The notes below the pieces were generated by a model. The model searched no databases. It was not told the origin of the DNA and saw only the letters and a list, made by a program, of their open reading frames with translations. A stretch of DNA of 64,000 nucleotides, taken from the human T2T-CHM13v2.0 reference genome, Homo sapiens. Each line of letters begins with the position of its first letter. Position 1 is the stretch's first letter. The stretch lies in NCBI RefSeq assembly GCF_009914755.1, contig NC_060930.1. One strand, given 5' to 3'. Made by a program: the position numbers and the translations under genes. Shown here piece after piece: positions 42,210-55,135 of this stretch.

Positions 42210-42445
42210 CACGCAGTCTCATGTGAACCATGATTCCTTCGTTCACTCCCAGCCCTGCTGTTAACTAGCTGTGTGATCTTGAGCAAGCTGTTGCTGCCTT
42301 CTCAGACTCGGCGTAAGCTGGAGATAATGCCCAGCGCTGACACCTGGTAGAGCTGTTGTAAGGATTAGGTGGAGGAGTGCCTGTAAAACACTTAGCACCC
42401 TATCTGGCACACAAAAAGAACACAGTACATGATGATCGTGTTATA
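42210..42445 (+). mobile_element. MIR
   Basis: CCCAGCCCTGC...TAACTAGCTGTGTGATCTTGAGCAAG ... GTTGTAAGGATTA...TGTAAAACACTTAGCAC...CTGGCACA. Confidence 0.75.
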
Positions 42446-43187
42446 ATTGTGATTTATGACACTGATGAAATTAGTAGGAAAAGTGGTCTCTGTCAGCCCT
42501 TCAGGACTTCAGTTTAGACTAATTCCTAATCTTATAGACACTCTTCTTTTTTGCGTATCAGAGATGTAAGTATTGTAAATGTGTCTTAAATTATATCTTA
42601 TTATCTGATGAAGGAATTATTATAGCCATCTGTCTTAAACTGTTATTCTAAGAAAAAAAAATGGAGAAAGAAGAAATACAGAGTGAGGGACTTAAAAATA
42701 TTGAAATGGCTTTCAAAATAAAATAATCCCAAAATATGGTACGAGACAACAGAGAGATCAGAGAAGCAAATAGCCAGGAAGAAGCTCTCCTGTCAATTTG
42801 AATGTAACTTATGACAAGGGACATGGGAATAGATACCCCCAATCGTCCCAGCGGTGTGTGTTCCCACCCCAGCTTCCCAGCGCCCCAACTCCCTGCTTCT
42901 GGGACGTTTAGTCATGTTTTCTCCACTGGAGATGCCTCCATAGGGCGTAGCAGTTCCTGGAGCACAGTGGACACTGGGTGGGAGACAGGTGATTTAACTG
43001 GCCTTCCTTGGGCACCAGTGAACAGATGTTGTTGCTAGTCAGTTATGGCCCCTTCTCACGGAGTCCGGGTTCAGGTTCTGCCCCTCATTTCTCAGACAGC
43101 GTCCCAGGCCACCTCCACCCATGCCGGACTTTATGCCTTCCTTGACCGGGAGGGCCACTTATCCTTGTTCAGGTCCAAAGCTGCGAG

Positions 43188-43510
43188 TTTTGGTTTTGTT
43201 GTTGTTGTTGTTATTGTTGTGTTTAGAGACTTGGTCTGGCTCTGTCACCCAGGCTGGAGTGCAGTGGTGTGATTACAGCTCAATGCGGCCTCGAACTTCT
43301 AGGATCAAAAGAGATCCTCCCACCTCAGCCTCCCGAGTAGCTGGGACTACAGTAGTGTGCCACCATGCCTGGTAATTTTTTAAATTTTTTGTAGAGATAG
43401 GGTCTCACTCTTTTGTCCAGTCTGGTCTTGAACTCCTGGCCTCAAGCTATCTTCCCACTTCGGCCTCCCAAAGTGCTGGGATTATAGGCATGAGCCACCG
43501 CACCTGGCCT
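43188..43510 (-). mobile_element. AluJ-type SINE with a (GTT)n-degenerated tail
   Basis: J-type features: GTGATTACAGCTCA.TGCGGCCTCGAACT, GATCCTCCCACCTCAGCC, GGGTCTCACT. Confidence 0.92.
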
Positions 43511-45265
43511 AAAACTGCATTGTGCATATAGCCGTGGAAGTGCTGAATTGTATTGTTATCGGGTACTTTAATAGTGATACATTCAACCGGCTGTGTGGCC
43601 TTGGGAGAGTCATTTCAACATGATGAAGGTCCAAGCCCAGGAGATGATCAGAGAATCATCCCGAGTCTCCTGCAGCCCTGGAGCATCTTCTGGTAGCAAA
43701 TAATCTAAACAGGTATCTTAATAGGTGAGCGGCACGTCTCGAAGAAAAAAATCTCTCCACACAAATGGTAAAGGTCTTGAAGGAGCACCAGATCTGTAGC
43801 GTGTGCAGCACCACACTTTTCATATATGATGTGATTAGTGTAAATAAGTAGTTGATTTTGCTTCATAAGTCAAATGATGATTCTTTTACAAATAGCCGTT
43901 TGAATAATTCTTTACACCTGCTACTTAGCCATAGTTTTGCTGGAAGGATTGAGTTTTCTTCTGAAGACACAGCACTACTCTGAAGCTTATTTCCCCCTGA
44001 ATTTTGTTTTTCCCATTTTTGGCTGAGAAGGCATCTGGAGTGACTCCAGCGGGTTTACCTAGGTTTTCCCTGAAGAGGTTTAGGTGATTAGACAATAACA
44101 GAAGGAAAAGTAGAGTTGCCAGTAGGTGGCTCACTATGAATGTGCTTGGGACGGGATCAGACATGTCACCCCTCCTCCACTTAGCCTTTGTTTTCAATCC
44201 CTGCTGCTTTGAGCCTTTTTCTATAATGTCTGAGTCATTTGCAGCGGGGTGGGTAAAGAGGGGAGAAAGAAGAAAGCAAGCAAGCAACAGCCTTTGAGCT
44301 CCGGAATAGCAAAGGCCCCCATCTTGCTCCGAGAGTTCACAGAGTATAGCCCAGTCCGAGTTCTCTTTTCCACGCACACTTGCTTGTTCTTTTGTTCCTT
44401 GTGTCCTTGGCAAAGACTGAAAGAACTAAGCCTGGAATACTTGGGCCCTCCCGTGTCACTTAAGAAATAATAAGCCATTGTCCTCATTAAGCCACCCTTG
44501 TTTTAGCAAATAGAATCCAGATACCGGAGAGGGAACATTTTGAAGGGAGGCAGAATTAGAGTAGAGATGCTTTACAAAATTCCCTAGAGAAACTGCTTTG
44601 TTTCTCCTATTTTATTGCTCCTTACTGAGAAGATTCATATTCAAATGGGTTGGGGTTGTGAATAGCGGCTTGCACATTCTCATGCACCCAGGAAGGCTAT
44701 GATTATGGCTAATTACAATGAAGAATGAAGCTCTAACAAGAGTGTTCCATCAGATTGTCATTCATGCATGAAGTAACTTAGGCTGGCCAATGGAGGTGTG
44801 ATTTTGGTAATTACAAACAATGTGGCTATTTGAAAAATGCTTAGTAAATCTGTTCAAGACAAAATAAGGTCTAATTAATCACTTTAGCTCTGAATTCTCC
44901 AGATGATCCATTTGCTCTGTTTTTTTTTTTTTAATTTAAGGTCTCTTTAATAAACTAGATCTAAGATATAAAATATGTTCTCGTTGCCCACACTTAAATG
45001 CAACTGTGTTACCTGTTTCAAAGGCTTCTTAATTCTGCCAATCATGTTGCAACCTGCTTTTAATGCAACTTGACAGAAGGCTTTTAAAAATAAATGTGTG
45101 TATATTCTTGTTGTTACCTGACAAGAAAATGGTTTATGAAAAGTTACTGTAAAACATTAACTATTAATTTAGAAGCCATATTGGTATCATCATTGTGCTG
45201 ACATATATTAACTCTTGAATATTCGGTGAATGTTGTGTTTAGCACTTAAGTAATGTCTAACTATA

Positions 45266-45628
45266 TGTATTAGTTTGTTTTCACACTGCTATAAAGAACT
45301 ACCTGAGACTGCATAATTTCTAAACAAAAGAGTTTTAATTTACTCACAGTTCCACATGGCGGGGGAGGCCTCAGGAAACTTAACAATCACGGTGGAAGGC
45401 AAAGGGGAAGCAAGGCATATCTTACATGGCAGCAGGAGAGAGATAGAGAAGGCGGAAGTGCCACACTTTTAAACCATCAGATCTCATGAGAACTCACTCG
45501 CTATTATGAGAACAGCATGGGGGAGCTGCCCCCATGATCCAGTCATCTCCCACCAAGTCCCTCCTTTGACCCATGGGTATAACAATTCAAGATGAGATTT
45601 GGGTGGGGACACAGAGCCAAACCAATCA
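45266..45628 (-). mobile_element. THE1D/MSTA-type MaLR solo LTR
   Basis: TGTATTAGT...CACACTGCTATAAAGAA.TACCTGAGACTG ... GATGAGATTTGGGTGGGGACACAGAGCCAAACCA.TCA. 5-bp TSD CTATA at 45261-45265 and 45629-45633. Confidence 0.92.
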
Positions 45629-45634
45629 CTATAT

Positions 45635-46202
45635 TATAGGGGAGAAAAAGTAATATATTTTCCTTACCTATCACAAGGTTCGTGGCTGAGAACCTTAGAG
45701 CAAAGGACAGAGTAACAAGAGAAAAACATCACATTTATTTAATAGAGGTTATGTGACATGGGAGCCTTCAGAAATGGAGACCCAAAGAAACAGAGATGTG
45801 TGTACTTTTATGGACAGGCATGCAGAAGTAAGACTGGAGGATGAAATGGCATGCTCCAATCGGTACAAACTGGGGGCAACTCAGGGAGACCTGATTGCCC
45901 AGTTTCTTCTCCGTGTTCCTGAGTGACATTCCTTCCCTCCTGGTATAGGGCAGTACTCCTGTCACATGAGGTCTTCAGGGAAGAAGTGAGGCCGCAGGTC
46001 AAAGAGTGGCCTTCCCTGCGGTCATGGCCTGTTTCAGGGAAGAAGGGGTGGAGGGAATTCTAGTTTCCATGCCTACTTCAGGAGACAGAGGACAGGAAAA
46101 GTCACAGAGACCCTCCTGCTTCTGCGGCGTTTTCCATTTTCTTGAGCTTAAAACAGTACACAAAGGTGCTATATTTTGGAGTATCATGTTCTGAACCCCA
46201 AA
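45635..46202 (-). mobile_element. ERV1 solo LTR (MER31/MER39-like)
   Basis: The reverse complement begins GGGGTTCAGAACATGATAC.CCAAAATAT and ends TTTTCTCCCCCTATA, and aligns with 46618-47156. Confidence 0.78.
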
Positions 46203-46617
46203 AATATTCTACCTTAAATAATTGGAGGCCTCCATGAAGGCACAATGATGACATAGGAACTTATGCCTCTCTATCATTTTTTTTTTCAGTAGATGATTGA
46301 AGCGAAGCTGTTTTATGCTTGTCTCTTTTCCCGTTTGCCATTTTTGTACCTTTGTTCTCTCACCTAAAAATAGACTAATAAATGGCCAGAGTTGTTGCAA
46401 GAAATGTACAATGATAAAAACATCTAATTATTGGTTTTAAATGCATCAATCTTCAATTTCTTTTAAATGTCTACTAGAATGAAATCTGCCCAACTATCTG
46501 AGGAGCTTTGTTATTTTTAACTTATTTGGTTTCTATACATGAACCCAAAGGAACTACCTTTTCCTAATTGAATTAGCAGGGCTAGAAATTCAACTCAGCA
46601 CACGTTTAACTGAGGAG

Positions 46618-47156
46618 TATCAGGGTTCAGAACACGCTACCCCAAAATGTGACACCTCGGAGGTCACTCTCTCACCTTCTCCCTCCCTCCTTTCCTTCAT
46701 CTTCCTTTCTCCCCTGAGGAGGTTCATAGAAACCAAAATTTCTCTTTGCCAAAGCAAACCATAAAACCTAGAAAGGCCACTTTCTGACCTTCTCCTTTCT
46801 CCCCTGAAGACCCTCAAGTGATAGGTGTCTTGCCCTGAACAGAAAGGCCAAGAAGAAGCTAAACAAATAAGCCTTGCAGAGTCCCCTCAGTTTAGTACAT
46901 TAGGTCGTACCCCCTTTTTGTCCAGTCACATTTCTATACAACTGTACATTTTTCCTGGAACCTATGCAAAAAAATTACATAGTTTTTCCTGGGTCTTTGG
47001 GTCTTAATTTCAGAAGGCACCTTCCTGTGTCACAGAAAACTTTTGTTACATAAATTTTTTTATGCTTTTCTCTTGTTAATCCGCCTTCTGTTATAGTAGT
47101 CTCCGCCATGACTCTTGTAGCTGGTGAGGAAAAGGTATTATTTTTTCTCCCCTACA
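46618..47156 (+). mobile_element. ERV1 solo LTR (MER31/MER39-like)
   Basis: GGGTTCAGAACACGCTACCCCAAAAT ... CTGAAGACCCTCA.GTGA.AGGTGTC.TGCCCT ... TTTTCTCTTGTTAATC ... TTTTCTCCCCTACA. Confidence 0.8.
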
Positions 47157-49053
47157 AGAGTAATGGATTTTACAACTTTGACTGTTATACTTTCTAAAAA
47201 ATGGGTTTAGCAGGGAGGTGGGGGTGGGGGAGAGAGAAGGAAGACACAAAAAAAGACTAGTTTTTATACAGATATTTTCTTATTTTAACTAATTTATATC
47301 ATCTATAAAGGGAAGCAAATATTAACGTTATTAGTTTCCTCAAGAGGATAACTAAAGAAAACATTCTTGTAACAGGGGAAGAAGTAATTCCATACCTATT
47401 GTATCTATAGAGCTGTGCATTTCATGTCTCTAAAATGGAGTAATTTAAAGTTAAAAGGCCTCTTCTAGTAGTTTTCACCAAATGAATTTTATATATACTG
47501 AAGACAGATAAAATAAAAATGGTACAGAAAAACGGGAGTTTTAGAGTCTTGTTTCAATTCTTTAGAAAGTAAGTTGTCTAGCAGAACATGCCAACTTGGT
47601 TGCCTAAGAGCAATGTAAACTTGAGTCCCACTCGCCATGTTGAATTATTCTTGTTTCTATTTAGCAAGTGGTCTGGAGTCTTTGATCTGCAATGTGTGTA
47701 GTTAAAATCATTGTGGCTATTATTTTATCTGCCCAAAATACAGATTTTCTAGGATTTGACAGTATAAAGCATTTGCTTTAATAAGTTGAGATTTAATATT
47801 TAATGGTTTCTCTCAAATTCCTGATTGGTCAATGTATTGTTGCCAATTTGTAAATTTTTATCAAAGGTACAAATTTGAAATGTTTTGCTGTATATCATGG
47901 AAGAGAAGCCATGATTATGTTCCCTAAGCAAGTTACGGAGGCTTAGAGTGGATAATTATTCTCTCCTTGTCCTGGTACTGCCTTTGAAGAATTTCCATGT
48001 TGAGGGTAAGAGAAGATGGTTTAAAAACCTGATGAATTTAGGTAGTTGCTTGAGAGAATGAGTAAAGTCCATTTTTTCCCTGATTAAAATTAAGTCTGTT
48101 AGTTGCTTTTTTGCTCACCAAACACATCAATACAGATGCAGATAAGGTGAGGCCTCTTCCTGTAAATCAGCTGTCAAGGCCTATCGGGGAGAAAAACAAT
48201 GGACAAGGAGGCAAACTGCTTCTCATGAAGGCTGTGCGCTTCTTGTTTGCAAGAAGAATATTTATGGGCTTCACAGCTGGCAGCAAAGAACATTTAAATA
48301 TATAACTTCATACACATGCAAAGCATTTTGTAGATTAAATCAGCTCGAAGTGTAGAACCTGAGAGGGTTAATAGAATTTCTTGGTAACCATTTAATAAAA
48401 TTAATGTGCTATTAGTCTGATGTCTTAATTCAATTGGCTGATATATATTCCCAGTTTTCACTCATAGGTGAGCCTTAGAAAAAGTTAGTAAAGATTGTTT
48501 TAAGATTGCCAATTTTCTAAGAATGGGAATACAATAAAATGTAGGTAATCAAAATATTGAATCTTTGATCTAGGATCTGTTAGGATAGCAATAATAGGTG
48601 CATATATAATGTCTTGTATATTCCTCAAATTTTTATTATTTCCTTTAACTTCCAAAATTAAGAAACTGCCAGAAAAGTATGGCAGGTGTTCTTAGCTACC
48701 TATCAAAGCGAAAGCAACTGAGACCCTGAGTGAAGTCGTCAACACAAGGAGCACCACAGAGGGAACGTGGAAGCTCTAAGCAAAACCCACCTCCCTCTGC
48801 CTCACCACCCACCTCTCATTATACACATCTATTTCCATCGCATCGTGGAGATGCAGAGGTGCTGGCAGAAAGTCTTGGGTACTTAACTGTTGGATAAATC
48901 TTTTACTGAATCTCTTAAAGTTATGCTCACTATAATTGTTGGTGAAATCACTTTAGATCTCTGTTGTAAAGCTCTCTAAATTTCCTCTTCCATTGGTGTT
49001 CATAGTTTATGACCTGTCCCACTGAGATGCTACTAAGGGAGTCTGCACAGAGT

Positions 49054-49183
49054 GGGATTTCTGTATCTGCTACGGTCTGGGTATTTCTGTATCCACTAGG
49101 GTCTGGGTATTTCTGTGTCTGCTAAGGTCTCAGCATTTTTGTATCCACTAAGGTCTTGGCATTTCTGTGTCAGCTGAGATCTT
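49054..49183. repeat. Minisatellite, 5 x 26 bp (GGTATTTCTGTRTCYRCTAAGGTCTN)
   Basis: Units start at 49054, 49080, 49106, 49132 and 49158. Confidence 0.9.
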
Positions 49184-50804
49184 TGGTTTTAGGCGACAGA
49201 ACTCCTCTCTGTCTGGCTTGACCACACGTTGGTCAGAAAGAGGCTGTACTGTGCTCCCTCTAGGACAGTCCACGGGAACTCAGAGGACTGAGGAGGTGAC
49301 TCAAAAGTTTGGAAGGTGTTTCAAGATTTAGAAGGCAGGATTCAGGTAGCCCCAGAGAGTCTTGGGAATGAATTCCAATTCCCCCTTGTACCACCTTTCA
49401 CGAGACTCCGGATTATAGGGGCGAAGGAGAAAGACGGGCAAAGCTTCTGTCATGTCATTACACTGGGAAGTGAGAGGGAAGTGCTGGCTGAACCTCTTGG
49501 GACCCCCTGTATACTCTGTGGTGGGGGAGAGGGGAAGCGTCTTTGTTTACCCCCTCAATACTTTATACAGCAGAAGAAAGGAGATGCCTGAAAAGGCAAC
49601 GGGGATGCATTTAGGAAGAAGCAATTGATGCTAGGCACACAAGAAATGCTGCAACATCTAAGTTGTACCTGAAGCAGAATTTCAATTTAATGTGCCATGT
49701 CAAGGTGGCCACAGAGCCATCTTTATAAACTGGGAGTATCCACATATTCCAGACTCAGAGAGCAAAGATCCAGGACTAGTACAGAAAGTCACTCCGTATA
49801 ACTGGAAAAGCTTGCTTGTCTGCTTTCAGATACGTTTCTCAACCCTCATCCATAACACGATGCTGTAAACCCTAGAGTAAGACAGAGATAAAGCATGTGC
49901 TGGGATGAAGAGAGCCACTTTGGGGAAGTGCCACCACATCCCAGGCTGCAAGGCATCTCTCTCTGCTGCTTGTGCAGACTGGCTGGGGTGAGCTTTGGAG
50001 CTGGTCTCATCTCGAAGGCAGGCGCTGCTGAGGCCTCTGTGCCCTTTTGCCTGGGTTAGATTTGGCTTCAAAATTAATTTGAAATCATTTAATCTTGCTA
50101 CTCTCAGCAGGTCAGTGATTAACAGGAAATTCAGTGCCCATGTTGGTCCTGTTTATGAGCCCAAGTCTATGTCATAAGTAAAAACAGGCTTAAACACATC
50201 AGGAAACTACTCAGTATAGAGTGGAAAAAGCCTGGGCTGGGCTTCCACTCAAGGGCCCTGCACACACTGCATCCACAGGCCCTGAGGGCAGCCCCTGGGC
50301 TTCAGCCGTCTGCGTGCACTCTTGTCTAGTACCGTGCCTGATGTGGGCTATGTGCTCTACTGGTATTTGTTGAGCACATCATCAAGTTACTACGTGAATA
50401 AACATCACTTATCTGGGTCTTGGTTTCCCCCATTTGTAAAACCAGAGAGTTGGGCTAGGAAACTTTTGAGTCCCTCCAGCGCAGTGATTGATGTATAACA
50501 TAATCAGCAATGTTGAACTTTGAAGAGAATACAAGCCTTATGTTGTCACTGATATATTTCAGAACACCTTGTTACTATTTGTAAGGATGTTTGAGAACAT
50601 GTGGGCAAATGCATCTATTTTTTCTTCCCTAAAAGGTAAACTTGTCTCCTTTACAACCAAACAAAAGAGGATGGCACTGCATAGCAGAGGCTAAGCTACA
50701 GGCTGGGTACCACTGAGCAGTGGAGTAACCCAAGTTTAAACTTGAAACCACATTTGTGCAATAAGCAAAAGCTTCACATTTATAGAACATCGATGCTGCG
50801 GCAC

Positions 50805-50975
50805 AGCAGGCTACTTTCATATGTGTTATTTCATTAAATCCTTAAAACTTCAATGTCGTATGTATGTATTATTTAATAAATAAGGAACCACAGACTCAGA
50901 GAGTTTACTTAATTTGCCTAAGGTCACAGAGGTAATAAATGGATAAAACCAAGATTTGAATATAGGTCTGAATAA
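50805..50975 (-). mobile_element. MIR
   Basis: TTATTTCATTAAATCCT...AAATAAGGAACC...GACTCAGAGAG...TAATTTGCCTAAGGTCACAG...GATTTGAA..TAGGTCTG. Confidence 0.75.
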
Positions 50976-53900
50976 ATTATTCATGCTCTCATACCTACCT
51001 ATTTAATGTTATGGAGTTGTCTACCTTTCTGCTTCATTTTTCTTTATATTTTTACTCTACATGATCCTTATTTTGAGGCCTTCCATTGCTTGTTCTCCTT
51101 CTCTTGATTCCTGCATTATTTCCTTTCCAACATGTGCTTTGATGCATCTGTTTTCTCTATGGAGCCAAGGAATTTTCCATCCTCTCAGTTTTATGGGAAG
51201 ATACAGAAATTCTCTACTCATTGAGTCCCAATGACAATCTAATTATTTCTAAATCTCACCGTCCAATAATTATCTTTTTAAGCTCTTCCTCTCCCTCTGA
51301 ATTGTGTGGTGTGTTCCCTGTTGACATTTGATTAAGGCTTTGCCCATGCTGCTTGAATAAAAATATTTATATTTCAAAATTTCTGACTGCCAATTATCCA
51401 TATTTTGATGCTTAATGTCCATAATATCACAATTTGACATGAAAGATATTCTTAAAAATCATTTTATTATAGCCACAGAGTAGAGTTGGAAAAATAACTC
51501 TAGGATAAACAAATACATACTTATTCATTCCATACCTGCTTGATGACCTACTATGTGCCAGGCCTTATTCTAGGTGCTCACACATAGCACCTAGAATTCT
51601 GTTGATCCTGGGAGTTTAACGATAGGCAAATAGAAGTACAATGAGACAGATGACAGATGTTCTTTCTTCCTGCCTGTCTACCTACTTGTCCATCCATCAA
51701 TCTTCATGAGAAAATGGACTCAAGATTTTGAAAACCTCAAAATGCTTCCTTTTGTTCTAGCCCTTGCTTTCACGTTTAAATGAACTCTCAGTGTTGTATA
51801 TATATTTTAGAAAGTTTAATTTTCACTAAAATAAACTTTCAGTCTCTACAAGTGTTGACATTTAACTCCAAGAATACTTTAGTTGGTTGGAAAATCATTT
51901 CTGGTAAAGACTTCATTGTAGAGAGGAGACTTCTCCACCTCTGATTACTCCTACACCTTGACTGAGTACTGACTACATGTACTAGACGTTTGTTGTGAGC
52001 AAGTTTCATATACTATTTTATTGTGTTCCCACTACTGACCTATAAAGTATGTGCTATTATATTTTGTTTCATTTCCTGTCCAAAGAATATTTTTTTAACC
52101 AAAGAATCCAGTAGAAATGCCTTTAGACTTACATAGTGATTGTTAGGAGAATGATCTATAGCTGTTCGGAGTTTGCAGAACCTCGAGTGAATCTTTCACC
52201 AATTACTAAATGTTAACCGAACATTTGTGAACATGTGTAATATACTCCCTCTAGGACGGGATAAAACCTCAAGAAACCTAGGAAAATGGCCAAATTCTTG
52301 CTCTGGACTGCGGCTCTCAATGATAATTGGCATATACTGGTTATTTAAGACCTCACAGCTGCTCTGGTCTGAATGCTATTTGAGATATAAAATTGTGGGC
52401 TATGTATGCAATCTGCCTTGGCTCCCATAAAATTAAGAAGTTTAATTATTAATGTATATGAGTATGTTGAGAAAATGATATAGTTCCACTGACTATGATA
52501 GTCTTGCTGTATTACCTGCTGTTTTAGGATATAGGGATACAGCATCTTAATATAATTGACAGTAAGCCTTCTCATTGTAAATTAATCTGAGTGCTTCACA
52601 TTGAAACATGATTCTTTTTTAATGTATATATTAAGTTTCGACTACATGGATGCCTTTTAAACTTTCTAAAGAAGATTTTAAAAAGCTTAGACTGTAGCTA
52701 TTCAGATTTATAATTCCACTCAACTCTGCTATATGATCCTGAAAATGTTTAAGTACATTACATATAACTTAAATTATTTAAAAGTTTATTTTACACTTCT
52801 TGAAGACTAAGAACTCCTTGAATTTATTTCACAAAAGGCTTATCTTCTCCAGAATAAATTTAACTTGCCTCATGTAATTAGCATTCAGAAAGGCTCGAAT
52901 TAACTGGAACATAGCTAAATAGAACCTTTAATTTACTAGATTTTTTTTTTCTTTTTGCTCTACTTTTAGAGCTTGAAATCATTGGAAAACAAACAAAATA
53001 GCAAAGATTTGTTTTAAAAATCAGCCTCCAAGGTTAGTGCTAGGGTCAGTAAATAGCTAGCCAAGTTTTCATATTACAAACCTATATAGTTATGATTTAT
53101 TTAAAATGATGAACCAGAGATACCCATGTTTTCTAATGCATGAAAGAAATATTACAGAAATATTAAATATGTTATTTGCTGGGGTGAAAAAATAAGCTAA
53201 TAGATGTTGAGAATATTTTCAGCAATGAAAGATTGAAGCAGAATTGATTTCCTAGTTATCACTCTGAAAACCAAGAAATTAAATGAACCCAAACTCATTT
53301 TTACCAGAGCATTCTAATTAATCAAATGGATTAACAAATGCATGAGTGAGGGATGAAAAATACTTGTGGGAGAAAAACAGAGGTGATACTTTTGGTGAGA
53401 GAAATTGCTCATGTAAAATAATTTTAAAGGAAGTTACACATTTATTGAATGCAGCATATAGAGTCCTGTGCTTCCGGTCTTTACCAACTAATCTCCCCTA
53501 GGCCCTACCGTCACCCATCCCTTTTCCAGAAATCTTCTAAAAACATCTCCTTCTTCTCCAATTACTCTTTATTATAATATTTATGATTAAAGTCTGGCAA
53601 CATTTATGTGCCAGGTACTATCCTTACTGACATAGAAACCCTATGAGCCATAGAGCTCGCTCTTTTGCTATAACTTCTTAGAGTTTTCTGCACTTCAGAT
53701 TTCGCCACTTCAGATATTTCATTATTCCATGTTTATTTCAAGAGAGGTTTACCAAATACACAGAAGAAAAAAAAAATCTCTAAACTAGAATGCTGATTTC
53801 CAATTCCCCTGTTTCAACTAGTTACTGACTTTCCTACTTCCAAAACAGTTTGAGGGAACTTAAAAGACACAGTTACAATAAAAGCCTAAACAGAAAAGAA

Positions 53901-54984
53901 AGCAGGATGGAGAAAGAGAATTCTATCAGAGTAATCATGCTAAGAAAAGCAAAGTGCACCCAACCGAACCAAAAGATACCAGAGATACTCATGACAGGAA
54001 ACTTGACAAGCTCCACTGTGCATGTTTGATTAAAGGAAGTAAATCAGTGCATCAGGAAAGCCAAACATTTTCTCTTGACTAAACTTCAAGAGGTGTTTCC
54101 TCTGTGGTTCTTTGTCTCAGAGTTTGTCCATGATAGGCATGGAGAAATATTTGTTGCATGGTAAATAATAAATATAAGTGATACTTAGCTGATAACCAGG
54201 GTCCACAGCGGGAAAGACTGGGCAATAGGTCTCCACTCCTTGTCCTGCTTCCACTGTGAAGTTACCTTTGCCAGCGGCTCAGTACCAAATGCTCAATTGC
54301 CCCTGAGAAGTGTCACCTGAATGCTCCCCAGTCTTCTAGCCCACTGACCTTGGCACCCAATTAAAACAGCTTGATCCCTCCTCTCACATACTATCAGAAG
54401 CCTCAGGACCCTACCTTGTGTTTTGTTATTTTGGGTTTTGTTTTATTCTATTTTTGTTTTTATTCCAAACTCTTGCTGTGGGACCTTCTTGGATATCTCT
54501 CCATCCCTGTTGCCATTTCTCCCTCCACATCTCTGGTAACAGATGTGAGACTTCTTGGACATCACTGTGGGAAACACAGTGGCCTTCATCCCCTGCACCC
54601 TGGCTTCCTGAAGGGCTGTGCTGGCTTCTCCTCCAGGGTCCCTACCTTGAAGCCGCTTCAGGTTCCTCTGTATTATGCAGAGCAAGGGGACTCTCCTCTC
54701 TCCGCTCCCAGACTATTCAAAAGGCCCGCCATCTTTGCCTTATTAAAATGTGCATTGAGATATTTTCCAAACGAAAAGAACTATCCGCAAGAAAAATGTA
54801 TTTCTCCTCCAGCAACTGGCCCGAACTGAAATGAGATTTTAAAATATTTTCTCCCTGTGACACAGACACACCTTGATGAACCAGGTGGCTACCCTCTAGG
54901 GTCCTGGGAACATCTCCCAGTCAGAACAGGCCCGGTTTTCTCCAGCAAGAGAAGATGGTTCTCTAAGGAGCCCTCGTCCTAGAA

Positions 54985-55135
54985 GGCAGCGTCGTAGAGG
55001 GAAAGAACCAGGCCTGGAGCCAGGCCGACGTTGGTTTAATTCTTTTCTCTATAACCCATTACTTTGCTGCTGGCTCTTGGACGATTCTCAGAACTTTTCA
55101 GAGCCTCACTTTTCTCATCAATAAAAGGGAGAGAA
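54985..55135 (+). mobile_element. MIR fragment
   Basis: GGAGCCAGGCCGAC.TTGGTTTAATTC...CAGAGCCTCACTTTTCTCATC.ATAAAA.GG. Confidence 0.55.

Noticed and set aside
45635-47156. Provirus bounded by two LTRs
   Set aside because: The LTRs are inverted and the spacer shows no recognisable PBS or gag/pol/env sequence.
54371-54834. Overlapping 152- and 138-aa ORFs (likewise 17360-17788, 35081-35506 and 43925-44413)
   Set aside because: Non-ATG starts, no recognisable domain and no convincing splice boundaries.
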